Assembly: GCA_000934665.2 (NCBI GenBank)
Contig: JYFJ02004100.1
Location: 1 to 35,235 of the forward strand
Direction: 5' to 3'
Source of the DNA: Catajapyx aquilonaris
Lineage: Eukaryota
Length of the DNA: 35,235 nucleotides
Numbering within the stretch: the stretch's first letter is position 1; each line of letters starts with the position of its first letter. Shown here in pieces: positions 12,233 through 24,945 of the stretch. The position numbers and the translations under genes were made by a program. Below the pieces are notes generated by a model. The model saw nothing but the letters and a program-made list of their open reading frames with translations, had not been told where the DNA came from and did not search any database.

Positions 12233-12272
12233 AACTGACCAGGTTTACAGTCACGTTTCCCCCTCAAGGTCA
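12233..12272 (-). promoter_or_regulatory. Putative core promoter of copy 1: Inr TCAGTT plus upstream TCAAGGTCA motif
   Basis: Minus-strand TCAGTT at 12238-12233 lies upstream of a non-coding-exon donor cag|gtaagt (~12158). TCAAGGTCA at 12264-12272 recurs upstream of the other copies (17566, 21842 variant, 25537, 28941, 33446). Confidence 0.55.
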
Positions 12273-12421
12273 AGGTATGATCAGGTCTTTCTTGATTTTT
12301 TTTATTATAAATTTTTTGCGACTGTTAGTAAGCATCCCTTCGGGGCGAAGTAACCAAGAAAGAGTAAAAGCCTAATACTTCAATGAGGGCACATATGAAC
12401 CAGCCAATTTCTACTTCAACT

Positions 12422-13930
12422 AACTTCACTTATGGCAAAACTGAATGAGTTGAAGCAAAGGACAGGATGAAAACGTAGCCAGTTTCGGAACAAGAATAAG
12501 AAAAATAGGACAATAAGAAATAAGAGAAGCAAGTAACGAAGGCACTGTCACAGGACAGATGGACAAGACACTCAAGGCACAACTCACAACACAATTTAAG
12601 AGAGGGTTACGATCGGAACACACAGGCAGAATGTTGAGCTGGAATAAAAAAAGACAACCTAGATGAGACAATTGAAGCAGCTAGTACAGAAGAAATGAAT
12701 GAAAAATCTGGGATATATACGAAGGACAGGCACCAACGCAGGCACAAGCATTCTATACAGGAATGTGCCAGGCACCACATAACGGAGGATACTTCCAACC
12801 ACACCCAGCATCGCAACCTGGATATGGGATGAATACATTCCCTCAATTCGTGTACGGAACGACACGACAACAAATGTATGTGAATGCAGCGTCGATGCCC
12901 TTTAAAACAAATAACCAAGGACAACATACTGGGCGCGAGATCGAGTATGTGCCGCAGTCAGCACATTGCAATGGAAATAGCACACCAGCGCAAGGCCAAG
13001 GCCGACCGGGAGGACAGGAGCGATCAGTCTCGGTGACGCACATTATGCAGGAAGGGCAGCAACCGCATCAGATGGCACAACAAACAAACGGCGGCCATGA
13101 TGTCGGAACAATGTTTACAGAAAAGACACGCAATATCACATGCCAATAATCAATATAAAATTGCAACTGGTGTGGAATGCACGCTACTTGTGGATACCGG
13201 AGCGAAAATAAGTCTATTGGACCGGACTTTATTGGGAAAAGCTGCCTGGGGAGAAAATAGTCGAAATCGAAGCAGACATGACGGCTCGCGGCGTGACAGG
13301 CCACAATCTACAGCTATTAGGCATATGTGAATTAGAAATACAAGACGACATAGTAAGATTAAGTGACCAGTTGGACGAGGGGCGTGATCAACCTCTCGGC
13401 CTGGATCAACCTGTGTGGGGGGACAAATGGGGTTCCCATATCACAGCAGTATAGTCGTGTTTATTGTATTGTTTATTCTTTTTATTGTTATAGGATATAA
13501 GGTATACAAGTTTAGACAAGAACTACTTGGACAGTTCCAAGAGCACTTGTTGGCAAGAAGCGACCCGAGCAATCGTATACGGAGGTACTCAACGAGGTCG
13601 TGACAAACAGCAGACCACGAGTGATTGAGTAATTGTATGAGAGGAATTTAAACGTAAGAATTGTGCATCGTTTATGCTATTTAGGGCCCCCATGCATAAA
13701 CAACGTACAATGACAGAAGTTGTGGGAAAGAAAAGGGAAGTTATTAGGTTATTTGATTGTTTTACAGTGTATTTTCTTATGTTTTTTTCTGTGTGTTTGA
13801 GGTTTTTTTTTAAGAAAGGGGGGAACATGGATGAACCCACTTATGTGAATTATTTTATGTGATTTTGTTTACTTTATTTATTTTTGGGACATGATAACGA
13901 TATACTACCATACTATACCGAACGGTCACA
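12422..13930 (+). mobile_element. Decayed, internally deleted LTR retrotransposon (Ty3/gypsy-like) fragment
   Basis: Frameshifted Gag-like text (LNELKQ..QDENVASFGTRIRK..QFKRGLRSE..DNLDETIEAA); aspartic protease motif CTLLVDTGAKISLL (ORF 13097-13330); TM-like stretch (13415-13603); polypurine tract aagaaagggggggaa near 13812; ends in CA. Absent from the paralogous spacer upstream of copy 2: homology breaks after tacttcaact (12421) and resumes at catcccataac (13931). Confidence 0.75.
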
Positions 13931-14071
13931 CATCCCATAACCAAAATGACTCACAATACTTGAAACACACTGTATTTTATTCATATAAAACACTTATTAT
14001 GTGGATATGAACACCAAGTACAATATAACGACACAAGTAGAGGAACCTGGATTTCAAAATAAATTCTACTA

Positions 14072-16852
14072 TTAGAACTGACCATTGGCTAGATTGACCC
14101 CTATCCACCTTGCGTATCGTCCAATTCTAGTGTAAAATGTAATACGTGTTGTATCGCAAGTGACTGATCCTCTTTGCCCAATCCCTGCGCTGACGAGGCC
14201 TTGAAGTGACCAGTGCTTGTCGAATGGTGGGCCACTCAAAAAGACCATTCCTCCGCCACTGTCGCCGTTGCAAGCGCCGGTTCCTAGTGGTGGAAATGAT
14301 CATTAGTGATTCCTAGTTTTTAATGGGTATATGTTAAGTACCATTTTTGGTTCCGGCGCAGTATGTTGTTGAGCGCACGAATGAGCGATGTGCTGAAGGG
14401 AGACTCTCGATGCACTCTTGAGCTGACATCACGGGTATCTCTGCCATTTGCAGAGAATCAGCGATCTTTCCGTCATCAGTCAGACCCCATCCAACAACCT
14501 ATTTGTAATTAAAGAGAACATATCAACTGGAACTTAGTAGCTCAACTAATGAACTCACGATTCCGGTGTTTCCATTTTGCAGCAGGGTTTGCTCTTCCAA
14601 AGTGTCCGAAGCTGATGGATAGCACACTGGACTCACGTATATGTTTATGTCTGCTGGCGAATCCAGTATGATAATCGCGATGTCTGAATCGAAATTGGCC
14701 GGATTGTAGCTCTCGTGCACGAATATCACTTTCACCTGTGAAGAACAGTGAATAATACCAATAGACAATCTGCCAGCTACAATAATATATAACCAGGTGT
14801 TTATCTGCCTCAGGTTATACGATCCAGACTTGTCGCATGTAATTTATTTTCAATTGTTGATGTTATTGTGGTTCAATAACTTATTGTCAACCTGGGCAGA
14901 GAAACATGCTGAGTAATTGAGCAACATAATGATACTAACCCTTCTTGTTTGTGAATATTTTGCAGATTCATCATAACGTGAGACGTATTTCCCTAACTGT
15001 ATGCGCAGTTCACTTGGTTGAAGTGCTGAGGTAGTTTTGTGCAATGTGACGCAATGAGCAGCTACGATAATTATATTTGTTATTAATTGGCATGACTTTA
15101 GCCTTGTGAAGTACAGTCAGCATGTACCAGTTACCTGTTATCAGAGCATTTTCACTGATGAGAGAAGATCCGCAATGATAATTCCAGTTGCTCTGGCGGC
15201 TTCTGTAGATCCCAGCATGCCACGGCCACTGACCCTCGTAAGCTGGTTTACCACCAGTGACCAAAGGTGTTGCCGGAGCCAGTGATTTTCCACACCCTGA
15301 AATATGTTATCATATTATATTTGCAATTTCTCCAACAGTATTCTGATATCGAAAGGCATACTTGGAATGCATCTGAATGTGTCGCTTGTTTTCCACGAGC
15401 CTTCCCCGAGGCAAGTTGCAAACGACACCGGAACATTCGTGAGAGTCTTGTGAAACTCGTCGCATTCGATCTGACATTGGGTGCCAACAGGGACGTCAGT
15501 GAGGTCTTTGTTGTTGTAATTATCCCCACACGACACTTTAATTCCTCGCATTTGTGTCCGGAGATCACGGCAGAAGCCAGGCCTCCCTTTGCCTGAAAAA
15601 TTATTTGGGGATTATGCAGAATAATTAATGTAAAGTGAAGCTTACTTGCTGCACTCATCTTGCAGACGAAACGTCTTGGCCTAGAGCATGCCAGGTCATT
15701 CCATGTATGCCACGAGTCACCATACATCACTACGCAATCCTCAGGCTCCACGAAGTCAGGCTGCTCTGCTTCCCAGTTAGTAAAATCAGTTGGTGACCCA
15801 TCTGTCCACCGCCATTCTATAGCTCCTGATGGAGTCTTGTGGAGTTTGAGCCCAAGATACGTGTACGCATGTGTTAGCCCTGCAAGAAAAATGATGGCGT
15901 TATGTGCGAGGCCGGATAAGAGCAAACCAGTTAGCTTTCAATGATTATGTGCAGTGCAAAATCGATTAGTAATTTTTCTAGATAGTTTAGTGTTAGAATA
16001 ACCTGCAACATAGTCCATTTCTTCCTGGCTGTGTATTGACGCAAGGTCAGCTTTATCGTGCATGTCTTGACATGTGCTCCTAGCCCTCTCCCATGTGGTC
16101 TTGTACGTTGCGAAATAATAGCACACATTATTCCTGAAGTGCCATCCGCTAGGGCAGTTATCTATCAAATACGAAAAAATTATACCGCATCACTAAGCTG
16201 CAGCTTATTGAACCGTACCGTTGTCCGACTTGAAGCTGCAGGCAAAGTGATACTTTTCTCGACACAACCAGTTGTACCACTGCCCCTTTTTGGCATCAGC
16301 AGCTGGATATATTGCGACACATTCTTCAGCAGCTGGGTGACTAGGCTCTCCTGGATTCCAGTTGGTGTACGTAGAAGTAGATCCATCGGTCCAGCACCAG
16401 TCGTTATTTCCACAACTGTTGTATCCAATCCAGTAGTGGTTGTTCATATTTTCTTAGATGTGAAATATTTTTAGTTACGATTTTTTAGTAGTAGGCTATA
16501 CATAAGTTATATTGTTATGATTGCATGTTGAGCTTACCCGCCATAAATTTCATCTCTTGTTCACTCTCGATGCTTGCCAAGTCTGCGTCCGGATTCTTCT
16601 CTTTGCACAGTCTGCGTGAGTCGTGCCAGGTGAAGAATTCTGATGTGAAACGCTCAGAGAAGTAGTAGCAAAAGGAGCCATTTTCTACCCAGCCTTCGGG
16701 ACAGCAATTGACTCCAGCAGAATCTGTGGAAATGTGCAATCATGTTTTCATCCAGTTTTGATTAGATGGATTAATCTGAATAATGAGCAGTAATTTTTAT
16801 TACCTGCCAAAATCCAAATGAACAGGACAAGTACTTTACTTGTACTGTACAT
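14072..16852 (-). CDS. Dual C-type lectin-Sushi-serine protease, copy 2
   Basis: Same 11-exon structure. MYSTSKVLVLFIWILA; CTL1 EPS/WYNWLC; CTL2 QPD/WND; TPL|VTGG; AAHC, DSDIA, GACNGDSGGG; ends NLANGQF*. Confidence 0.9.
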
Positions 16853-18459
16853 CTTGATAATTAATACAAATAACGGTTCTGGTTGTTTTGCATTCACCTG
16901 TAATGAAGTTGAATTTTAATTTTTGGAATTAATTGTATTATAATTGTTTTGTCAACTCACAAACTAGCTGTGAATATAATTTGGTTCATGACATGCATAA
17001 TCTGAAATGTTTTTGATTAATTGAGCATAATAATTATTATTCTGGCATTTGATGCTTGCATTTTTCTATAGTATCTGCACTTATAACTCTTACAATATTC
17101 CGAAGACAATGATAATATTATTCAATGATGGGTGATCCCCCACTGTAAGTTTTCCCAAATTTTTTCCTAAATAATCATATCCTTTCAGCAGATTATAAAC
17201 ATTCAATGAAATGCGCACAAAATACACTCAATATTCAGTGAAGCGTTTTGACATCATTTTGAACGCGTCTCGAGCGCGTCTGGCAGCTTCTAATGATGTG
17301 CTCTGTATTGCTTAGACGTCACCCGTTTTGTTTTAACTGAATTCGCAGAAGTCAAGCGAACTGGTATTTTTTGTTGCAATTGTAGCTTAATTACGATCTC
17401 AAGAAGGTCTCTGCCATCACATACTATATATAATAAGAGACGAATAAGACGAAAACTTACCTGAGCTTACAAAATTAATATTTAAATTGCGACGCCATGT
17501 CTGTCCTCTTGATCTGCCGCACTGTGAAGATCCAAACTGACCAGGTTATACGTCACGGTTTCCCCTCAAGGTCAAGGCATGAGCAAGTCTTTCCTGATTT
17601 TTATTTTATTTTAATTTTTTTTTTTTTTGCGAATGGTCGTAATAAGCATGCCTTCGGGGCGAAGTAACCAGAAAGAGTAAAAGCCAAATACTTATTCAAT
17701 GAGGGTACATGAACCGGCCCATTTCTGACAACAGATTTAATAATACTGTGTACTTCAACTTGTCATAAACTCTTGAGACACATGTGTCAAATATTATGAC
17801 TGAGTTTTTTGTAGCAATGTGTAACAAATGTATTTTTTCATCCCATAACAAGAACTCCCAATACTTGAAACACACTTTACTTGTATATCAATCTGGGGTG
17901 AATATAAATTATGTACCACAGTATTAATTTTTCCTAGCAAAAACTATAGCTAATTTAAGATAAATAATAGATAAATTTTTACCTGGATGTATTGTATTCT
18001 GTCAGGATTGAAAATGTTCTTCTGTGTCAAGCAATATTCGGTTTCCTTCGGGGACTCAAACTTCCTTTACCTCACTTGTTAATGTCAATATCAAAGATTC
18101 ACATGTACTGTATAGGTGTCGTGCTACACAATTTTTGTGTTTGTAGCTTATATGTCCAGATAACCTAATGCAATAAGACTTGCTACTTGTATACATAGTG
18201 CTTGTGTAATATCCTTTTGATAAGACCAGTACTTACCAAACAGTGGAATTTTTTTGGCAAGGAAGTCGGAAGTGGTCTGACGAAAAATTGACCACACATC
18301 CTGATACCTCTTATTGTGGGTTCACTTCAGTGACTATCGTGATCAATGAAGTATTTATTCTTATTAAACTCTTATTATTTGGGTATGAACACCCAGTAAA
18401 ATAACGACACCCCTTTGGTATTACACAAGTAGAGGAACGTGGATTCAAAGGAAACTCGA

Positions 18460-21075
18460 CTATTTGAAGTGTCCATTGGCTAGATTGACCCCTATCCACC
18501 TTGCGTAGCGTCCTATTCTAGTGTAAAATGTAATACGTGTTGTATCGCAAGTGACTGATCCTCTTTGCCCAATCCCTGCGCTGACGAGGCCTTGAAGTGA
18601 CCAGTGCTTGTCGAATGGTGGGCCACTCAAAAAGACCATTCCTCCGCCACTGTCGCCATGGCAAGCGCCGGTTCCTAGCAGAGGACATGGCCGTTAGCAA
18701 TTTCTATATCGTAATTGGTATAATATGTTAAGTACCATTTTTGGTTCCGGCGCAGTATGTTGTTGAGCGCACGAATGAGCGATGTGCTGAAGGGAGACTC
18801 TCGATGCAATCTTGAGCTGACATCACGGGTATCTCTGCCATTTGCAGAGAATCAGCGATCTTTCCATCATCAGTCAGACCCCATCCCACAACCTATTTGT
18901 AATTAACAGGCCATATCAGCTGGGACTTAGTAGCTCAACTAATGAACTCACGATTCCAGTGTTTCCATTTTGAAGCAGGGTTTGCTCTTCCAAAGTGTCC
19001 GAAGCTGAAGGATAACACACTGGACTCACGTATACGTTTATGTCTGCTGGTGACTCCAGTATGATCATCGCAATGTCTGAATCGAAATTGGCCGGATTGT
19101 AGCTCTCGTGCACGAGTATCATTTTGACCTGTGGAGTAGTACCATGATTAATGCGGTTGAACAACCTTGAGCATAGAAACACGCTGCGTAATTAGGCAAC
19201 ATAATGATACTAGCCCTTCTTGTTTGTGAATGTTTCGCAGATTCATCGAACCGTGAGACGTATTTTCCAAGTTGTATGCGCAGTTCACTTGGTTCAAATG
19301 CTGAGGTAGTTTTTTGCCATGTGACGCAATGAGCAGCTATGGTAATTATTTTGATTATTAATTGGCATGGATTTGACCTTGTGAAGTACCTGTTTCAGCC
19401 TGTTATGTACCTGTTATGAGTGCATTTTCACTGATGAGAGAAGATCCGCAATGATAATGCCAGTTGCTCTGGCGGCTTCTGTAGATCCCTGCATGCCACG
19501 GCCACTGACCTTCGTAAGCTGGTTTACCACCAGTGACCAAAGGTGTTGCCGGAGCCAGTGATTTACCACACCCTGAAATATATTATTATAATTATATTTG
19601 CAATTTCTCCAACAGTATTCTGATATCGAAAGGCATACTTGGAATGCATCTGAATGTGTCGCTGGTTTTCCAGGAGCCTTCCCCGAGGCAAGTTGCAAAC
19701 GACACCGGAACATGAGTGAGAGTCTTGTGAAACTCGTCGCATTCGACCTGACATTGGGTTCCAACGGGGACGTCAGTGAGCTCTTTGTTGTTGTAATTAG
19801 CCCCACACGACACTTTAATTCCTCGCATTTGTGTCCGGAGATCACGGCAGAAGCCAAGCCTGCCTTTGCCTGAAAAATTATTTGCGGATTATGCAGAATA
19901 ATTAATGTAAAGTGAAGCCTACTTGATGCACTCATCTTGCAGACGAAACGTCTCGGTGAAAAGCAATACAGGTCATTCCATGTATGCCACGAGTCACCAT
20001 ACATCACTCCGCAACCCTCAGGCTCCATAAAATTAGGCTCATTTTCATCCCAGTTAGTAAAATCAGTTGGAGACCCATCTGTCCACCTCCATTCAAAAGT
20101 ACGTGACGTAGTATTGGGCAGGTTGACAAGGAGTTTGAGTCCGAGATACGTGAACCCATGTATTTGTCCTGCAAGAAATATGATGGCGGTATGTGCGATG
20201 CTAGCAAACCAGTTAGCTTTTAATGAATATACTTACCTACAAGATAATCCAGTTCTTCTTTGCTGTGTATGGACGCAAGGTCAGCTTTATTATGCATGTC
20301 TTGACATGTGCTCCTAGCCCTCTCCCATGTGGTCTGGTACGTTGAGAAATAATAGCACACATTATTCCTGAAGTGCCATCCGCTAGGGCAGTCATCTGTC
20401 CAGGATGAAAATTATCTACGCGTGTATTTGCTTGTTAAACTGTACGTATATACCATTGTCCGACTTGTAGCTGCAGGCAAAGTGATACCTGAGTCGACAC
20501 TGCTGGTTGTGCCACAGGCCCTTTTTGGCATCAGCAGCTGGATACATTGCGACACATTCTTCACCTTCAGGGTGACTAGGCTCTCCTGGATTCCAGTTGG
20601 TGTACGTAGAAGTAGATCCATCAGCCCAGCACCAGTCGTCGCCTCCACAACTGTAGTATCCAATCCAGTAGTGGTTGTTCATATGTTCTTAAGATGAGAG
20701 TTTAGTTATGATTATTTGTAGCACATAAGTTTATATCGTTATATAATTTACATGTTGAGCTTACCAGCTACAAATTTCATTTCTTGCTCACTCTCGATGG
20801 TTGCCAAATGTGCCTCCGGATTCTTCTCTTTGCACAGTCTGAGTGAGTCGTACCAGGTGAATTTGTCTGATGTGAAACTCTCTGAGAAGTAGTAGCAAAA
20901 GGAGCCGTTTTCTACCCAGCCTTCGGGACAGCAATTGACTCCAGAATCTGTGGAAATGTGCGATCATGTCTTAATTAGGTTTTGATTAATGGATTCATTT
21001 GATCAAAATAATATATCTACCTGCCAAAATCCAGATGAAGAAGACAAGTACTTTACTTGTTCTGTCCATCTTCAT
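18460..21075 (-). CDS. Dual C-type lectin-Sushi-serine protease, copy 3
   Basis: Same structure. ATG at 21075 or 21069; CTL1 EPS/WHNQQC; CTL2 EPN/WND with a 4-aa loop insertion; TPL|VTGG; GACHGDSGGG; ends NLANGHFK*. Confidence 0.9.
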
Positions 21076-22095
21076 TATTTGTAGAGATAATGTTGTTTCT
21101 GGTCCTTTGTGTTAACCTGTAATAAAATTGGATTTGAATTTAATATAATTGATTTTTTATTAGGATTTTACGCCGTTAAATAGTTTTAATTTTTGGATTC
21201 TGATGGGTTTGTCAAATCACAAACCCGGCTGCAAAATGTACTTTAGATTATATAGAAGTTTAGATTGCAGTATCTGAAAACTTGTGGTTAATTCAGTCAG
21301 CCATTATAGAGCGCATACTTAAAATCATAATATCAGTTTATGCTTGCATTTTTCTACATATTAATTTACACAAGTGAATACTTACAATATTCAGAAGCCA
21401 ATGAGAATATTATTCAATGATGGGTGATTCCCCACTGTAAGGTCTTCCAGAAACACGCCATATTTTTTTCCCTTGAAACTTTATTATCAGCAATGCCAGA
21501 AAATTATGAGCATTCGATCTGCATAAGTTACACCAATAATGAAGCGTTCCAACATCAATAATTTTGAGCGCGTCTTGAGCACGTCTGACAGCTATAATGA
21601 CGTGCTAATGCTGAGACGTCACCGGTTTTTAACTGAATTTGAAGAAGTCATGCGTCTCGTATTTTTGTTGCAATTGCAGCTTAATTACGATCTTAGTAAG
21701 GCTTCGACCATTACATGATACCCGATGATATTGAAGACTTACCTGAGCGTATTAAAGCTAATATTTAAATCACGACGCAATGTCTGCCCTCTTCATCTTC
21801 TGCACTGTGAAGATGCAAACTGACCATGTCACGTTTTCACCTCAAGGTTAAGGTATGGGCAAGTCTTTCCTCTTTTTTTATATATTAATTTTTTTGCGAC
21901 AGAGATTCACAGCGGGCATGTTCTACAGATATTTTTTTTTTAGCTTAGGCATATATTATGGCTAGAGAGCCTAAGGCAATATATACTTGCTACTTATACA
22001 AGATGGTAGAGGATAGACAGACAGAGACGCAGACAGAGAAACAGACAGACTCACAAACCGCTTTATTTATATATAGATAACAATGACAGATATTA

Positions 22096-24701
22096 TTAGA
22101 ACTGACCATTGGCTAGATTGACCCCAATCCACCTTGCGTATCGTCCAATTCTAGTGTAAAATGTAATACGTGTTGTATCGCAAGTGACTGATCCTCTTTG
22201 CCCAATCCCTGCGCTGACGAGGCCTTGAAGTGACCAGTGTTTGTCGAATGGTGGGCCACTCAAAAAGACCATTCCTCCGCCACTGTCGCCGTTGCAAGCA
22301 CCGGTTCCTACAGCAAAGGACATGGTCGTTAGCTATTTTTGGCCATTAATTATTGATGTATGTTAAGTACCATCTTTGGTTCCGGTGCAGTATGTTGTTG
22401 AAGGCACGAATGAGAGATGTGCTGACGGGAGACTCTCGATGCACTCTTGAGCTGACATCACGGGTATCTCTGCCATTTGCAGGGAATCAGCGATCTTTCC
22501 GTTATCAGTCAGACCCCATCCCACTACCTATTGTACATAACATTAACAGGACATATCAGCTGGGACTTAGTAGCTCAACTAATGAACTCACGATTCCAGT
22601 GTTTCCATTTTGAAGCAGGGTTTGCTCTTCCAAAGTGTCCGAAGCTGATGGATAGCACACTGGGCGCACGTATATGTTTATGTCCGCTGGTGAGTCCAGT
22701 ATGATCATCGCAATGTCTGATTCAAATTTGGCCGGATTGTAGCTCCCATGCACGAATATCATTTTAACCTATGGAATAACACAGTGACATTCAGTTCGTT
22801 GATGCTGCATAATTAGGCAGCATTATGATACTAACCCTTCTTGTTTGTGAATGTTTCTCAGATTCATCGAACCGTGAGCCGTATTTCCCTAGTTGTATGC
22901 GCAGTTCACTTGGTTCAAGTGCTGAAGTAGTGTTGTGCCATGTGACGCAATGAGCAGCTAGTTGGGAAATGACAGGTTATAGGTTAATTATTTTTATTAT
23001 TAATTTACATGACTTTGGTCTCATGGAGTACCTGTTATGAGTGCATTTTCACTAATGAGAGAAGATCCGCAATGATAATTCCAGTTTCTCTGGTGGCTGA
23101 TGTAGATCCCTGCATGCCACGGCCACTGACCCTCGTAAGCTGGTTTACCACCAGTGACCAAAGGTGTTGCCGGAGCCAGTGATTTTCCACACCCTGAAAT
23201 ATATGATTATAATATTTGCAATTTCTCCAACAGTATTCTGATATCGAAAGGCATACTTGGAATGCATCTGAATGTGTCGCTGGTTCTCCACGAGCTTTCC
23301 CCGAGGCAAGTTGCAAATGACACCGGAACATTCGTGACCGTTTTGTGAAACTCGTCGCATTCGATCTGACACTGGGTTCCAACGGGGACGTCAGTGAGGT
23401 CTTTGTTGTTGTAATTATCCCCACACGACACTTTAATTCCTCGCATTTGTGTCCGGAGATCACGGCAGAAGCCAGGCCTCCCTTTGCCTGAAAGATTATT
23501 TGGGAATTATGCAGAATAATTATTAACGCAATGTGAAGCTTACTTGCTCCACTCAGCATCTTGCAGACGAATCGTCTTTTCTTAGAGCATGCCAGGTCAT
23601 TCCATGTAAGCCACGAGTCACCATACATCACTACGCAATCCTCAGGCTCCACAAAGTCAGGCTGCCCTTCATTCCAGTTAGTAAAATAAGTTGGTGACCC
23701 ATCTGTCCACCGCCATTCTATAGTTCCTGATGGAGTCTTGTGGAGTTTGAGCCCAAGATACGTGTACCCATGTATTTGTCCTGCGAGAAAAATGATGGCG
23801 GTATGTGCGAGGCCGGATAAGAGCAAACCAGTTAGCTTTTAATGGATATACTTACTTACAAGATAATCCAGTTCATCTTGGCTGTGTATCGACGCAAGAT
23901 CAGCTTTATCATGCATGTCTCGACATGTGATCCTAGCCCTCTGCCATGTGGTGCGGTACGTTGAGAAATAATAGCACACATTATTCCTGAAGTGCCATCC
24001 GCTAGGGCAGTCATCTATCAAAGATGAAGATTATACATCATCAGTATGTCTCAGCTTATGAAACTGAATGTACAGTACCGTAGTTCGACTTGTAGCTGCA
24101 GGCAAAGTGATTCTTGTGTCGACACAACAAGTTGTACCAGAGCCCCTTTTTGGCATGGGCAGCTGGATACGTTGCGACACATTCTTCAGCAGCTGGATGA
24201 CTAGGCTCTCCTGGATTCCAGTTGGTGTAAGTAGAACCAGATCCATCAGCCCAGCACCAGTTGTTGTTTCCACAACTGCTGTACCCAATCCAGTAATGAT
24301 TGTTCATATGTTCTAAAATTTTGTAGTTGTGATTATTTTATAGCATAATATACGTACATTATAATGATTGCATATTGAGCTTACCCGCTACAAATTCCAT
24401 TTCTTTCTCACTCTCGATGCTTGCCAAATTTGAGTCCGGATTCTTCTCTTTGCACAGTCTGCGTGACTCGTGCCAGTTGAAAAATTCTGATGTGAAATCC
24501 TCTGAGAAGTAGTAGCAAAAGGAGCCATTTTCTACCCAGCCTTCGGGACAGCAACTGACTCCATAATCTGAGGAAATAATTATGCAATTATCATGTTTTC
24601 ATTTGGTTTTGATTAATGATTAATCTGAATATTTATCAAAAAAATAATTTACCTGTCAAAAGCCAAATGAAAATAACAAGTGATTTACTTGTTCTATACA
24701 T
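22096..24701 (-). CDS. Dual C-type lectin-Sushi-serine protease, copy 4
   Basis: Same structure. MYRTSKSLVIFIWLLT; CTL1 EPS/WYN; CTL2 QPD/WND; TPL|VTGG; AAHC, ESDIA, GACNGDSGGG. Confidence 0.9.
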
Positions 24702-24816
24702 CCTGATGATTTGTAGAAATGATGTTGTTTCGAGTGCTGCCTTGCATTCACCTGAAATGAACTGGCATAAATGCACTCAATATTGAAGAGTTTCGACATT
24801 GTTGTGACCTCGTCTC

Positions 24817-24839
24817 GGGGGGGGGGGGGNGGGGGGGGG
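24817..24839. repeat. Poly-G tract containing an ambiguous base (N at 24830)
   Basis: Directly visible. Paralogous positions in copies 2 and 3 carry a short gagc(g/a)c stretch instead. Confidence 0.95.
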
Positions 24840-24945
24840 TCTGGCAGCTAATTATGTGCTCAGTATTGTTGAGACGTCACCGGTTTTTAATTGAATTCTC
24901 GGAAGTCATGCGACTCGTATTTTTGTTTCAATAATTGCAGCTTAA

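Noticed and set aside
17130..21434. kappaB-like sites gggtgatcccc (~17130) and gggtgattcccc (~21422)
   Set aside because: Imperfect match, present in only two closely related copies.
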